This document shows, in pieces, positions 1-9,094 of a DNA stretch of 11,441 nucleotides; within the stretch, counting starts at the first letter, position 1, and every line of letters starts with the position of its first letter. Origin of the DNA: Octopus sinensis (lineage: Eukaryota); contig NW_021825711.1 in assembly GCF_006345805.1 (NCBI RefSeq), positions 1 through 11,441 of the forward strand, in the 5' to 3' direction. The notes beneath the pieces were generated by a model. That model had not been told where the DNA came from, did not search any database, and saw nothing but the letters and a program-made list of their open reading frames with translations. Both the position numbers and the translations under genes were made by a program.

Positions 1-59
1 ATATTGTGGCATGCTGGTTCGGCCTGAAAATTGTGGTTAGAATACACGAGCATGTGGAA

Positions 60-278
60 TTACATCCCGCCCGAGAATTACATTAAGGGTAAACGTGCCT
101 TGTGATATAATTGAATGCGTATATAAATGGACGAAATATTTGATAATGTAACCATGGTACATTATGTCAGAAAATAAAGAAGGAATAGCCATGGTCGGAC
201 CACCTTCGAATATAGATTAACTCGATGAAGACCGGCTTGGGACGAAAGAACAATAGCAACGACAACAAACCAACAACG
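60..278 (+). mobile_element. Possible old SINE 3' remnant ending in a degenerate (CAA)n tail
   Basis: gagaattacattaagggtaaacgtg resembles a recalled octopus SINE tail segment, and the region ends in acaatagcaacgacaacaaaccaacaac. There is no second copy in the window to confirm it. Confidence 0.3.
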
Positions 279-741
279 CTTATGAGAACATGTTGCGCCC
301 TCTGGGCAATGGATGTTAAATACGAGGGAGAAAACTATCCTTTCACAACACAAGGCATGATTAACAGATAAAATGATCTATACATAAAAACATTAACACA
401 TAAAAGGGTCAATACATGAAAAGGGTATAGCTAAAAAGGGACTGTAAGTAAAAAGAAAGGTATAGCTAAAATGGGTGTATGCACGGATTACTTATCGAAA
501 AAAAATCTAGATCTAAAAAAGAAGTCTTCCATATTTCATCAACGCCTTCTACCCAGAAAGATAAATTACATTAACTTTCGAATTTACCTTTATCTCACCC
601 TTTAAGTGTAAATCTTCCCTTTACCCACAAATTCCTACCTCAGGACATCAATATTTTCATACCTAACATTAATCCATTCTCATCCACCACAAATAAATAT
701 ATTTATATACATGTGCATATATAGATAATATGTAGGATGAG

Positions 742-826
742 TATATATATATATATAATATATTATATATATAGTGTGTATATATATAATATATATTATA
801 TATATATATATTATATATATATATAT
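742..826. repeat. Imperfect (TA)n microsatellite
   Basis: Read directly. Confidence 0.95.
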
Positions 827-1168
827 CCGTTAATTTAGCCACAGGTTCCTACCCCCGCCCCCATTATTCGAGTTTCCCAATCTTCCATCGTCCCATTATC
901 ACTTCCTGCTCAAACTTATACCCAGCCGTCCTCCAAACCCTTAACTGTCACTCCCACCTTCACCCCAACCCCCCAATAAACCCCTATCTTATCCAAAGGT
1001 TCCTATTAACCCCGCCCGTTGTCATTTTCAATCCCGCAATCGCCTGTTCTGATCCGCATACCTCCAGAAACTTAATCTGACCCATACTCAAGATATTAAT
1101 AACACATACAGCCACTTACCTACGCTTTCTCCACTGGCCTACCATTCCTTCACAGCATCCTTCATTCT

Positions 1169-1231
<63 letters not shown>

Positions 1232-1256
1232 TCTCCCTCTCTCCCTCTCTCCCTCT
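1169..1256. repeat. (CT)n microsatellite
   Basis: Read directly. Confidence 0.95.
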
Positions 1257-1264
1257 ATCACTCT

Positions 1265-1665
1265 CACACACACAAGTACACACACATATACTTACATACA
1301 GGCAGATAGGAATAGACATACGTACGTACGTACGTACATACACATATACATAGATTCACACAGACATAGGAACATACATACAGTCAAAAAGACGTACATA
1401 CATACATACATACATACATACATACATACATACATACATACACACATACATACATACGTTCTCACATACATACATACATACATACGTACATACATGCATA
1501 CATACGTACATACATACACACATACATACATACATACATACATACATACATACATTCATTCATACATACATGCATGCATACATACGTACATACACGCATA
1601 CATACTTACACACATACACTCACACACTCACTCACACGCGCAGACTCACACGGGCTCACACACGA
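1265..1665. repeat. Compound (TACA)n/(CA)n/(CGTA)n microsatellite
   Basis: Long tacatacataca run at ~1395-1580 with cgta and tgca variants. Confidence 0.95.
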
Positions 1666-1808
1666 AAACCGACACACGCAAACCCTCAGAAACTGTTCGT
1701 TTCCTCCAAACAAGAACCCTAATCACATGCTACAACACCTTTATTTCACCAACAGAGACCCGCTATCCCCACACACCCGCCCGCCAAACGCAATAACATA
1801 ATCACAGC

Positions 1809-1863
1809 CACAACCACCACCACAACCACCACCACCACAACACCACCACCACAACCACCACCA
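1809..1863. repeat. (CCA)n trinucleotide repeat with periodic CAA interruptions
   Basis: ccacaaccaccaccacaaccaccaccaccacaacaccaccaccacaaccacca. Confidence 0.9.
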
Positions 1864-2174
1864 ATACCTTACAGTGTTCCCTCCCACCACAGATATTATC
1901 TACAGCATATACCGTATTCTGCTCCATGCACAACATCTGTTCTCAAACCAGCTGCCATTAGCTTATCTGGACGCTACCTTAAAATTTAGCCAATGAACAA
2001 GTAAGCCCCTAAGGAGGTTATGGAAATCCTTTTTCGTCACCGCCATCGCCGCCGTCCACGTTACACTGCCATGCTCGTCTTGCATCGTGGACGTGACCAG
2101 ACTTCTTGTCCAGAACGCAGAATTCTTCCACTGGTCATTCTCGACACTGACAGATTGTTATATAAGGCTCTGCT

Positions 2175-2316
2175 GTATGTATGTGTGTGTATATATGTAT
2201 ATATGTGTGCGTGTGTGTGTGTGTGTATGTGTATGTGTATATATATGTATGTAATATATTATATATATATTATATATATATATACATATATATACACACA
2301 CATATATAGTGCATGC

Positions 2317-2349
<33 letters not shown>

Positions 2350-2491
2350 TACACATATATATATATATGTGCATGTATATATATATGTGTATATATATAT
2401 GTGTGTATACATATGTGTGTGTGTGTGTGTGTATGTATGTATATGTATACACACAAATACGTAACTTATGTACATATACATACATACACAT
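2175..2491. repeat. Compound (TA)n/(TG)n/(CA)n microsatellite
   Basis: Read directly. Confidence 0.95.
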
Positions 2492-2506
2492 ACCGACAAG
2501 TGCATT

Positions 2507-2581
<75 letters not shown>

Positions 2582-2606
2582 TAGATAGATAGATAGATAG
2601 ATAGAT
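2507..2606. repeat. (GATA)n microsatellite, near perfect with one single-base interruption at ~2581
   Basis: Read directly. Confidence 0.97.
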
Positions 2607-2711
2607 GGGGTGGTGTATAAAAATGTACATATGAATGTGCGTTATAAATACATTAGGCAAATGGAAAGATTCAGACAGACAGGCTGAGCGAGGGACTGAT
2701 ACACAAACTGT

Positions 2712-2772
2712 CAGAGAGAAAGATAGATAGGTAGAGAGAGAGAAAGACTGACAGACTGACAGACATATAGAC

Positions 2773-2811
<39 letters not shown>

Positions 2812-2818
2812 TAGATAG
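2712..2818. repeat. (GACA)n/(GATA)n/(GACT)n compound microsatellite
   Basis: Read directly. Confidence 0.9.
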
Positions 2819-3076
2819 GTACTATTTATGTGTTTCTACAGACATATGTATACGTATATACATCTAAGTGAAAGCGTGTCACGTGTATGCATGTGCGCGT
2901 GGCATGTGTCTGCTATCATATTCAACACTACATGCATGTGTATTTCTATACGACTATTTACGCATGCGTGCACATGTATGTGCATATATATATATTGGTA
3001 CGCATGCGTGCAGAGATGTGCGTCTCTGTGCATATGCCCGCATATATATATATAAATACAAAAGTATATGCATCTG

Positions 3077-3134
3077 TGTATGTATGTATGTATGTATGTA
3101 TGTATGTATGTATGTATGTATGTATGTATGTATG
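3077..3134. repeat. Perfect (TGTA)n microsatellite
   Basis: Read directly. Confidence 0.97.
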
Positions 3135-3326
3135 TTCGTATGGTTGCAGATATGTGCTTCTTTGCATGGCCGTCTGTGAATGCCTGTGCTGTGTATATAC
3201 AGGTAAATACATCCAGTAAAAGAACCTACGTCTGCTCTCAACTTACAACGAATTGACAGCTATGCTATAATTATAAAACGAAAGCTAGAGTTGTTTATGG
3301 CAGATACTAAACTAGATATTACTGTC

Positions 3327-3452
3327 TGTTTTTCTTTTTGTTTTTGATGTTTTATTCTTGTTGTTGTTACTGTTGTTGTTCATCTTATTTCTTCTTGTTT
3401 ATTTGCTATTTTGTTGGTTTGTTTATTTTTTGTTTTTTGTTTTTGTTGTTTT
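3327..3452. repeat. T-rich low-complexity tract with (GTT)n and GTTTT units
   Basis: Read directly. Confidence 0.85.
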
Positions 3453-3521
3453 GCTTGCCCTAATATTGTCAGATGAGGTTGTCTCCTCGGAGGATTTCCC
3501 GTCTTATTTATTTAGTCATTA

Positions 3522-3570
3522 CGACCTGTATTGATAGCCTTCATCCACCTCCGTGCTGGCAGTAGGGTTT
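3522..3570 (+). mobile_element. Probable upstream remnant of the same RTE element
   Basis: 3522-3551 translates as RPVLIAFIHL, similar to the RTE RT motif RPLYIAFIDL that normally lies about 15 aa upstream of KILPKIGCPP (resumes at 3930). The match is short. Confidence 0.5.
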
Positions 3571-3584
3571 TTGCATCAACGTCC

Positions 3585-3771
3585 GCGCATGCGCACTTGC
3601 ACACGTACACGCTTGTATGCATAAATCCATAGATAAATACAAACATACATTATGCACTCGCATGCTTTATACACACTCACTATACACGCACATGCATTAT
3701 ACACACGCATGTATACACACACACACACAGACATATATACACACATATGTATGCATATATTACACATATAT
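3585..3771. repeat. Degenerate (CA)/(TA)/(GC) alternating purine-pyrimidine tract
   Basis: Read directly. Confidence 0.8.
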
Positions 3772-3930
3772 GGCGCAGTAGTGGCTGTGTGGTAAGAAGC
3801 TTGCTCCCGGGTTCAGTACCACAGCGTGGTACCTTGGGTAAGTGTCTTCTACTATAGCCTCGGGCCGACCAAAGCCTTGTGACTGGATTATTTTGGAGAG
3901 GGAAACTGAAAGAAGCACATCGTATATATA
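3772..3930 (+). mobile_element. tRNA-derived SINE, 5' half (octopus-type family)
   Basis: Pol III A-box-like TGGCTGTGTGG (3782-3792) and B-box-like GGTTCAGTACC (3810-3820). Aligns by eye over ~150 bp with the reverse complement of 7336-7496 (gtaagaagcttgct...ttggg.aagtgtctt.ta.tatagc.tcg.gccgaccaa.gccttgtga.tggatt). Ends in a short TA run. Confidence 0.9.
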
Positions 3931-4950
3931 AAATTTTGCCCAGATTGATTGACCTCCGAGCATTCTCAGGATTGTTCAGTCACTCCACAGACACAGGATA
4001 GTCTCCTTCAATTTCAATTGATATTCCTCGTAACTCTTCAGCATTTCCCAGTGGAATGAAACAGGGGTGCGTGCTCGCCTCTGAGTTGTTATATCTAAGA
4101 AACCTTTGAAGCATCAGACCGCTTGTGATTATTTACCTTCGTACAAAATCAAACGGTAAACTGCTCGGTCTGTCATGATGGAAAGCGAAAACCAGAGTAA
4201 GCAAGATTCTCTTCATGGATATTCTGTTGCAGGTGACTCTGCAGATGAACACATTCAGAAGACTAACTGCAATGTCATTATCAGTCTCACAAATAATTTG
4301 GCTTCTCTACCAGTCTGAAGAAGACGAAAGTACTAGACTAAGGTATTGAATACTTTCCTACTGCCACCATTAATAATTGTGAATTGAAAGCAGTCCATGC
4401 CTTTACGTACCATAGATTTACCATCACAGATGGCCTCTCTCTGGGTCTGAGATCGACAGACGTATTAAAGGAGCTGCCCCTACACTAGTTAGACTGACGA
4501 TAAGAATCTGGGAGAAAAGGAAGCTAACAGCGACGACCTACAGAGGTTTCTTTCTCAGGGCAGTGTTTTATAAAGGTGTCATCTGAAGTATTTAGTCCAG
4601 ACAAGAGCAGCATCTTAATGACTTTTTCTTACGCAGCACGAGGCGGTTGCTGAACATCAAAGGATCTTGACGATTCACCAGCAATGACATCGAGGACTGC
4701 AAGCAGATCTCCAGCCTCCTCATCCTATTGTGGCAACATCTTTTGCTGGCCCATGCACTCTGCCTGTCAGTTGGAATAGTCCTAAAGACCTCCTCTAAAG
4801 TGAAGTGGTTTCTTGTAGAACACAATCACTATTCCGTCTTCGTTTCAACGTTGTCTTGAAGAGTGACAGGCGATCTCATGGAAAGAACGTTTAAATGGTG
4901 GGTGGGGATATTGCTGATGATCGCACCCGCTACAGACCGGAGGCAGACAA
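3930..4950 (+). mobile_element. Decayed RTE-clade LINE fragment (reverse transcriptase and C-terminal region) with many stops and frameshifts
   Basis: Manual translation gives collinear RTE motifs: KILP/QID*PPSILRIVQSLH (from ~3930); SGMKQGCVLA (4050-4079); NGKLLGLS*WKAKTRVSKILFMDIL-AGDSA (degenerate FADD catalytic motif, 4218-4243); FGFSTSLKKTKVL; ELKAVHAFTY; EIDRRIKGAAPTLVRLTIRIWEKRKLT; SRQEQHLNDFFLRSTRRLLNI; PKDLL*SEV; RLRFNVVLKSD. The 3' boundary is approximate. Confidence 0.9.
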
Positions 4951-5116
4951 GTTTTTATAAGAACAAGAGCTTTTAATATATATATATGCGCATGTTTGTA
5001 TGTGGAATGAGAAAAAGACAGAGAGAGGTGAAATATCAGTCGCAGAAATATTTGCACACTCTATACCCTTGAACTGGGTACTTCTCACTCTTTTGTCATA
5101 AATATACCCACACTTT

Positions 5117-5297
5117 CACATATACATACACATACACATACACACACACACACGCACGCATGTATGCAGACTTCATATAGATATTAGGTAGATAGATTGA
5201 TAGATGTACACACAGAGACAGACACAGAAACATATATATATATTATACAAATATATTTGTGTGTGTGTGTTTGTGTAAATATATGTGTGTATCTTTA

Positions 5298-5338
<41 letters not shown>

Positions 5339-5403
5339 CACATATACAGAAAGATATATATATTACATAAGATATATATATATATATATTATATATATAT
5401 TAT

Positions 5404-5452
<49 letters not shown>

Positions 5453-5577
5453 TATGTAAAGATATAAATATACTAAAGATATATATATATACACATATTA
5501 TAAATATATATATATATACACATTTATAAAATATATATATATACATAAATCTCTCTCTCTTTCTTCATATATATATG
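5117..5577. repeat. Compound (CA)n/(TA)n/(TG)n microsatellite cluster
   Basis: Read directly. Confidence 0.92.
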
Positions 5578-6065
5578 AAGAGACAGAGATCCGTAAACTT
5601 GCTCGTACATTCTCTGTGCTAGACTAGAATTCAATTTGAAATATTACTTAACGGTTTTAACGTCGAGGAATTCTCCTCGGTCCCTCCTTGGGATATTTGC
5701 TAGCTACCTCATTCAGCTGTAGATAAAATATGGCGTCTACAACCTGACACAAGCTCAATGCATGACATCACAGCAAAGATAAAGTACACTCAAAAGACAT
5801 TCCATTGTTTGCGTTCACCTTTGAACTTGTGGAACACCAACGATGACAGTCTTCCATTTCAGTTAATCTGTATTTGTTGGTGAAATAAAGATAAATATAG
5901 ACGTAGCGTAAATATTAAACTGATGGCGTAGTTTGCTCAGTATCTCTCGTCTCTTTGTCGCTTTCACTTCTCTCTCTCCCCTCCTCTCTCTCTCTCGCTC
6001 AGTATTCTCCCTCAAAATAGAAAAAAAGTCACAAGACTTTATTTCAGTACCTGTTCTATCCCTGT

Positions 6066-6142
6066 CATATATGATATATATAAATATATTATATGATATT
6101 TATTATATATATATATATATACATATGTGTGTGTATGTATGC

Positions 6143-6193
<51 letters not shown>

Positions 6194-6263
6194 GTGTGTT
6201 GTGTGTGTGTATGTATATATATATGTATGTATATACACATGCATACACATACACATACATATA
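6066..6263. repeat. Compound (TA)n/(TG)n microsatellite
   Basis: Read directly. Confidence 0.93.
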
Positions 6264-7020
6264 TTAGTGCTAACACGCTCTCTTAAAAATAGCGCATTTT
6301 GTTGTGATACCGTGGTTTATATATTGTGAGCTTGTTGTACATGTTGTTTGCTTAATTAGTGAAGACATTCATTACACTTTGTTGACTTGCAAGCTAAGCT
6401 ACTTTGATACATTCTTCGAACTCGAGTGTCATTAGACATAAACATATTACAAACTCAATTACTTTTTATGTTTTATTTTGAACATACCACTTTCATAGTA
6501 TATTAAATCTCCCTTGATTCTATTAAGAATCATGTATATTATTATATGATATATTTTGCGTGTTCTCTCGTGGACCTAACAAAAGAAACTAACTTTAAAA
6601 TATCAGTGAGACTTTATTCCTTCATAAAGTGGTACAGTGGATCAAAGCAAGAAACATTATCAAATTTAGCGGTTGTTATCCAGCCATCATTTGGATAATT
6701 CAGCTGGGGTCGTCGTTGGTTGCATGAGCTCCATTATATTAATTTTCCTCTGGTAAAAACCGCAGGAATCACATAACTCGCCTTGCTGAAAAACTCTTAC
6801 CCCCTCTGACTCGTAATTGATTGTAGCACCAAACACATACAGATTAGTTGTTTGAGAATGTATTACGCGCAACGTGATTGGACCTTCGATCCAAACCCCG
6901 TGCAACACTCAACCAGTCACAACACAGGACTCAACACATGTGAGTGTCCAAACACTCACACGGTAGGTATATTGGCCAATCACTACAGATTAATATGTTG
7001 GGCCTAGATATATGTGTTGA

Positions 7021-7125
7021 GCCTTGAAGGGTTTTAATCGAACAAATCGATCCCAGGACTTATTTCTTAAACCCTCGTATCAGACAAAGACACACGCACA
7101 CAGACACACACACACACACATATAT

Positions 7126-7160
<35 letters not shown>

Positions 7161-7176
7161 ATATATACACACACAC

Positions 7177-7207
<31 letters not shown>

Positions 7208-7244
7208 TATATATATATATATACTATATATATTATACATATAT

Positions 7245-7301
<57 letters not shown>

Positions 7302-7496
7302 TATATATATGTGTGATATATATATATATATATATGACGGACTTCTTCTGTTTCTACCTACCAAATCCACTCACAAGGCGTTGGTCGGCTCGAAGCTATA
7401 TTAAAAGACACTTGCCCAAAGTGCTAGACAGTGGGACTGAAACCAGAACCATGTGGTTGGGAAGCAAGCTTCTTACAACACAACTACGCCTGCGCT
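7021..7496 (-). mobile_element. tRNA-derived SINE: head 7496-7336, internal expanded (TA)/(TG) tract, and partial 3' body 7080-7021
   Basis: The minus strand reads gcgcaggcgtagttgtgttgtaagaagcttgcttcccaaccacatggttctggtttcagtccc..., homologous to 3772-3930. The 7021-7075 segment (minus: aagaaataagtcctgggatcgatttgttcgattaaaacccttcaaggc) is homologous to 8389-8435 in the other tail copy. Confidence 0.85.
7089..7335. repeat. (TA)n/(CA)n microsatellite internal to the minus-strand SINE
   Basis: Read directly; lies between the SINE head and tail segments. Confidence 0.95.
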
Positions 7497-7529
7497 TCAC
7501 AAAATAAACACAAATTAATACTTGAGTCT

Positions 7530-7651
7530 CTGCGTCTGTGTTTGTCAAACATACCTCTCCCTACCGCTTGCCAACGGATGCTCATTTGTTCATGACCATG
7601 TAACTTAATAGTTCGACAAAAGAGATCGATACAATAAAAACCAGACTTTAA
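7530..7651 (+). mobile_element. SINE middle/3' body fragment, ending at the (AAT)n array
   Basis: tgtgtttgtc...ccgcttgccaacggatgct...gtaacttaatagttcgacaaaagagatcgatacaataaaaaccagactt resembles the post-microsatellite body of the same SINE family (recalled consensus). It is partly similar to the minus strand of 8460-8510. Confidence 0.65.

Positions 7652-7723
<72 letters not shown>
7652..7723. repeat. Perfect (AAT)n array, 5' flank of the Dong-like insertion
   Basis: Read directly. Confidence 0.97.
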
Positions 7724-8077
7724 TTTATAATTCAGTGCGTCCATGAGATAGTGAATAGGAAGCCAGACTTAGTGTTAATTGAGAAAGAAAGCAAACGATA
7801 CAGAATCATTGATATAGCATGCCCACTTGACAACAGGGTATACGATAAGAAAGAAAGAAAAGTCGATAGATATGATAGATTAGCTTGGAAGGTTAAGCAG
7901 TTGTTGTCGATAAAAATAGTGGTAGTAGTACTAGTAATTATTGGAGCCCCGGGAACAGTGAGTAAAAATCTTGATAAGTACATGGAACAGATAGGAGCGG
8001 CAATAAGGGTTGAGCACTTGCAGAAGACAGCACTGCTTGGAACCACTCGAATACTCCGGATAGTGCTCGAAAAATAA
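7721..8077 (+). pseudogene. C-terminal REL endonuclease fragment of the R4/Dong ORF; open frame, but no RT domain and no real start codon
   Basis: ORF 7751..8077 extends in frame back to 7721 without stops. The track's start is a GTG internal to the domain. Confidence 0.85.
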
Positions 8078-8154
8078 GGGGTGTTACCTTAGTTCACCGG
8101 TAGTGAACAGCTGGCGACGTAGTACATCTCCAGCGTTAGACGCTGTGCAAAGAC
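7724..8154 (+). mobile_element. 5'-truncated R4/Dong-clade non-LTR retrotransposon (restriction-like endonuclease C-terminus plus 3' UTR) inserted in an (AAT)n array
   Basis: The frame from 7721 reads NFIIQCVHEIVNRKPDLVLIEKESKRYRIIDIACPLDNRVYDKKERKVDRY...VIIGAPGTV...LQKTALLGTTRILRIVLEK* (stop 8075-8077). This matches the KPD...D...K..Y PD-(D/E)xK-type REL endonuclease and the 'IGALG...LQKTALLGT.RILR.VL' C-terminus typical of R4/Dong elements. A short 3' UTR follows and runs straight into (AAT)n, and (AAT)n also flanks the 5' side. Confidence 0.9.
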
Positions 8155-8197
<43 letters not shown>

Positions 8198-8202
8198 TAA
8201 TG

Positions 8203-8248
<46 letters not shown>

Positions 8249-8278
8249 TAATAACAATAATAACAATAATAATAATAA
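8155..8278. repeat. (AAT)n array with AAC variants, 3' flank of the Dong-like insertion
   Basis: Read directly. Confidence 0.97.
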
Positions 8279-8332
8279 CCATTACTATTGTTTCTTTCAA
8301 AATCTTTGGCAGCCGTCAAGTTCTTCAATGAC

Positions 8333-8510
8333 TCTTATATTCGCTTACTAATTTCGGTCGCAGAGCTGCATCGCTGTCGTGCTGCAGCGCTACCTTCGGG
8401 GGTTTTAGTCCCGATCAAATCGCACTCAACATTTATATTAAGATAAGAAGTATAAGCAAACACCAACTGATGGTTGTTAAGAGGTGAGAAACGAGTACAA
8501 AGATCCACAC
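8333..8510 (-). mobile_element. Old, diverged SINE 3' body/tail fragment
   Basis: The minus strand ...cttaacaaccatcagttggtgtttg...gcgatttgatcgggactaaaacccccgaaggtagcgctgcagcac...gaccgaaattagtaagcgaatataag shares 'cgatttg.tcg...taaaaccc...aagg' with the minus strand of 7021-7050. Confidence 0.65.
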
Positions 8511-8534
8511 GTCCTTTCACACATAGACATAAAT

Positions 8535-9076
8535 CTTTCTCCGTCTCCTCTCCCTTTCGTTCTCTCCCCTTCTCTCTTTCTGTCTCCTCTCCTTTCTCTC
8601 CCCTCCCTCCTCCCATCTCTCTCCTTACTCTCTCTCTCTTCTCCTCTCTCATCCCCTTCTCTCATACCCTTCTCTCTCGTACCCCTCTCTCTCTCATACC
8701 TCTCTATCTCATTCCCATCTCTCTCCTACCCCTCTTTTTCAACCTCTCTTTCCCACTCACCCTCTCTCCCACCCTCTCTCTCATACCCCTTTCCCTCTCA
8801 TACCCCTTTCCCTCTCATACCCCTCTCTCTCTCTCTCTCTCTCTCTCATACCCCTCCGGCTCATACCCGTCTCTCTCCTACCCCTCTTTTTCCACCTCTC
8901 TCCCACCCACCCCTCTCCCATCCACTCTCCCACCCCCTCTCTCATGCCCTCTGTCTCATACCTCCCTCTCTCATACCCCCTCTCTCTCACACCCCTCTTT
9001 TCCATCCCTCTCTCATACCCCTCTCTCTCTGCCCCTCCCCTCTCTCATGCTCCTCCCCTCCTCCCCTCTCTCTCCT
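8535..9076. repeat. Polypyrimidine tract / degenerate minisatellite with a recurring CTCTCATACCCCT unit
   Basis: About 16 variants of ctc(a/c/g)taccc(c)t separated by (CT)n of variable length; very few G on the + strand. Confidence 0.9.
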
Positions 9077-9094
9077 ATTTGTGTGTGTGTGTAA

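Noticed and set aside
222-260. tcGATGA...GAAA hammerhead-like spacing
   Set aside because: No CUGA core and no convincing stems II, III or I.
424-471. Direct repeat GGTATAGCTAAAA at 424-436 and 459-471
   Set aside because: Only two 13-bp copies in a eukaryotic context; a local duplication, not a CRISPR array.
2053-2093. ttacactgccatgc resembles the 5' segment of a twister ribozyme as I recall it
   Set aside because: The remaining conserved loop and pseudoknot partners are absent.
1292-3256. Many ORFs rich in YVCM, HTYI or IYIY repeats (also at 5285-6329, 7024-7404 and 10590-10907)
   Set aside because: They are translations of stop-free microsatellites, not proteins.
3772-3830. tRNA gene
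   Set aside because: A and B boxes are present but there is no cloverleaf, and the sequence continues into SINE body; it is a tRNA-derived head only.
4592-4825. 77-aa minus-strand ORF
   Set aside because: It is antisense to the decayed RTE fragment.
6676-6698. Short inverted repeat TTATCCA/TGGATAA (similarly CGAGGA/TCCTCG at 5664-5679) and the 73-aa ORF 6687..6908
   Set aside because: Isolated 6-7 bp stems and short ORFs are expected by chance, and there is no supporting context.
7732-8046. 104-aa minus-strand ORF
   Set aside because: It is the antisense shadow of the Dong-like endonuclease frame.
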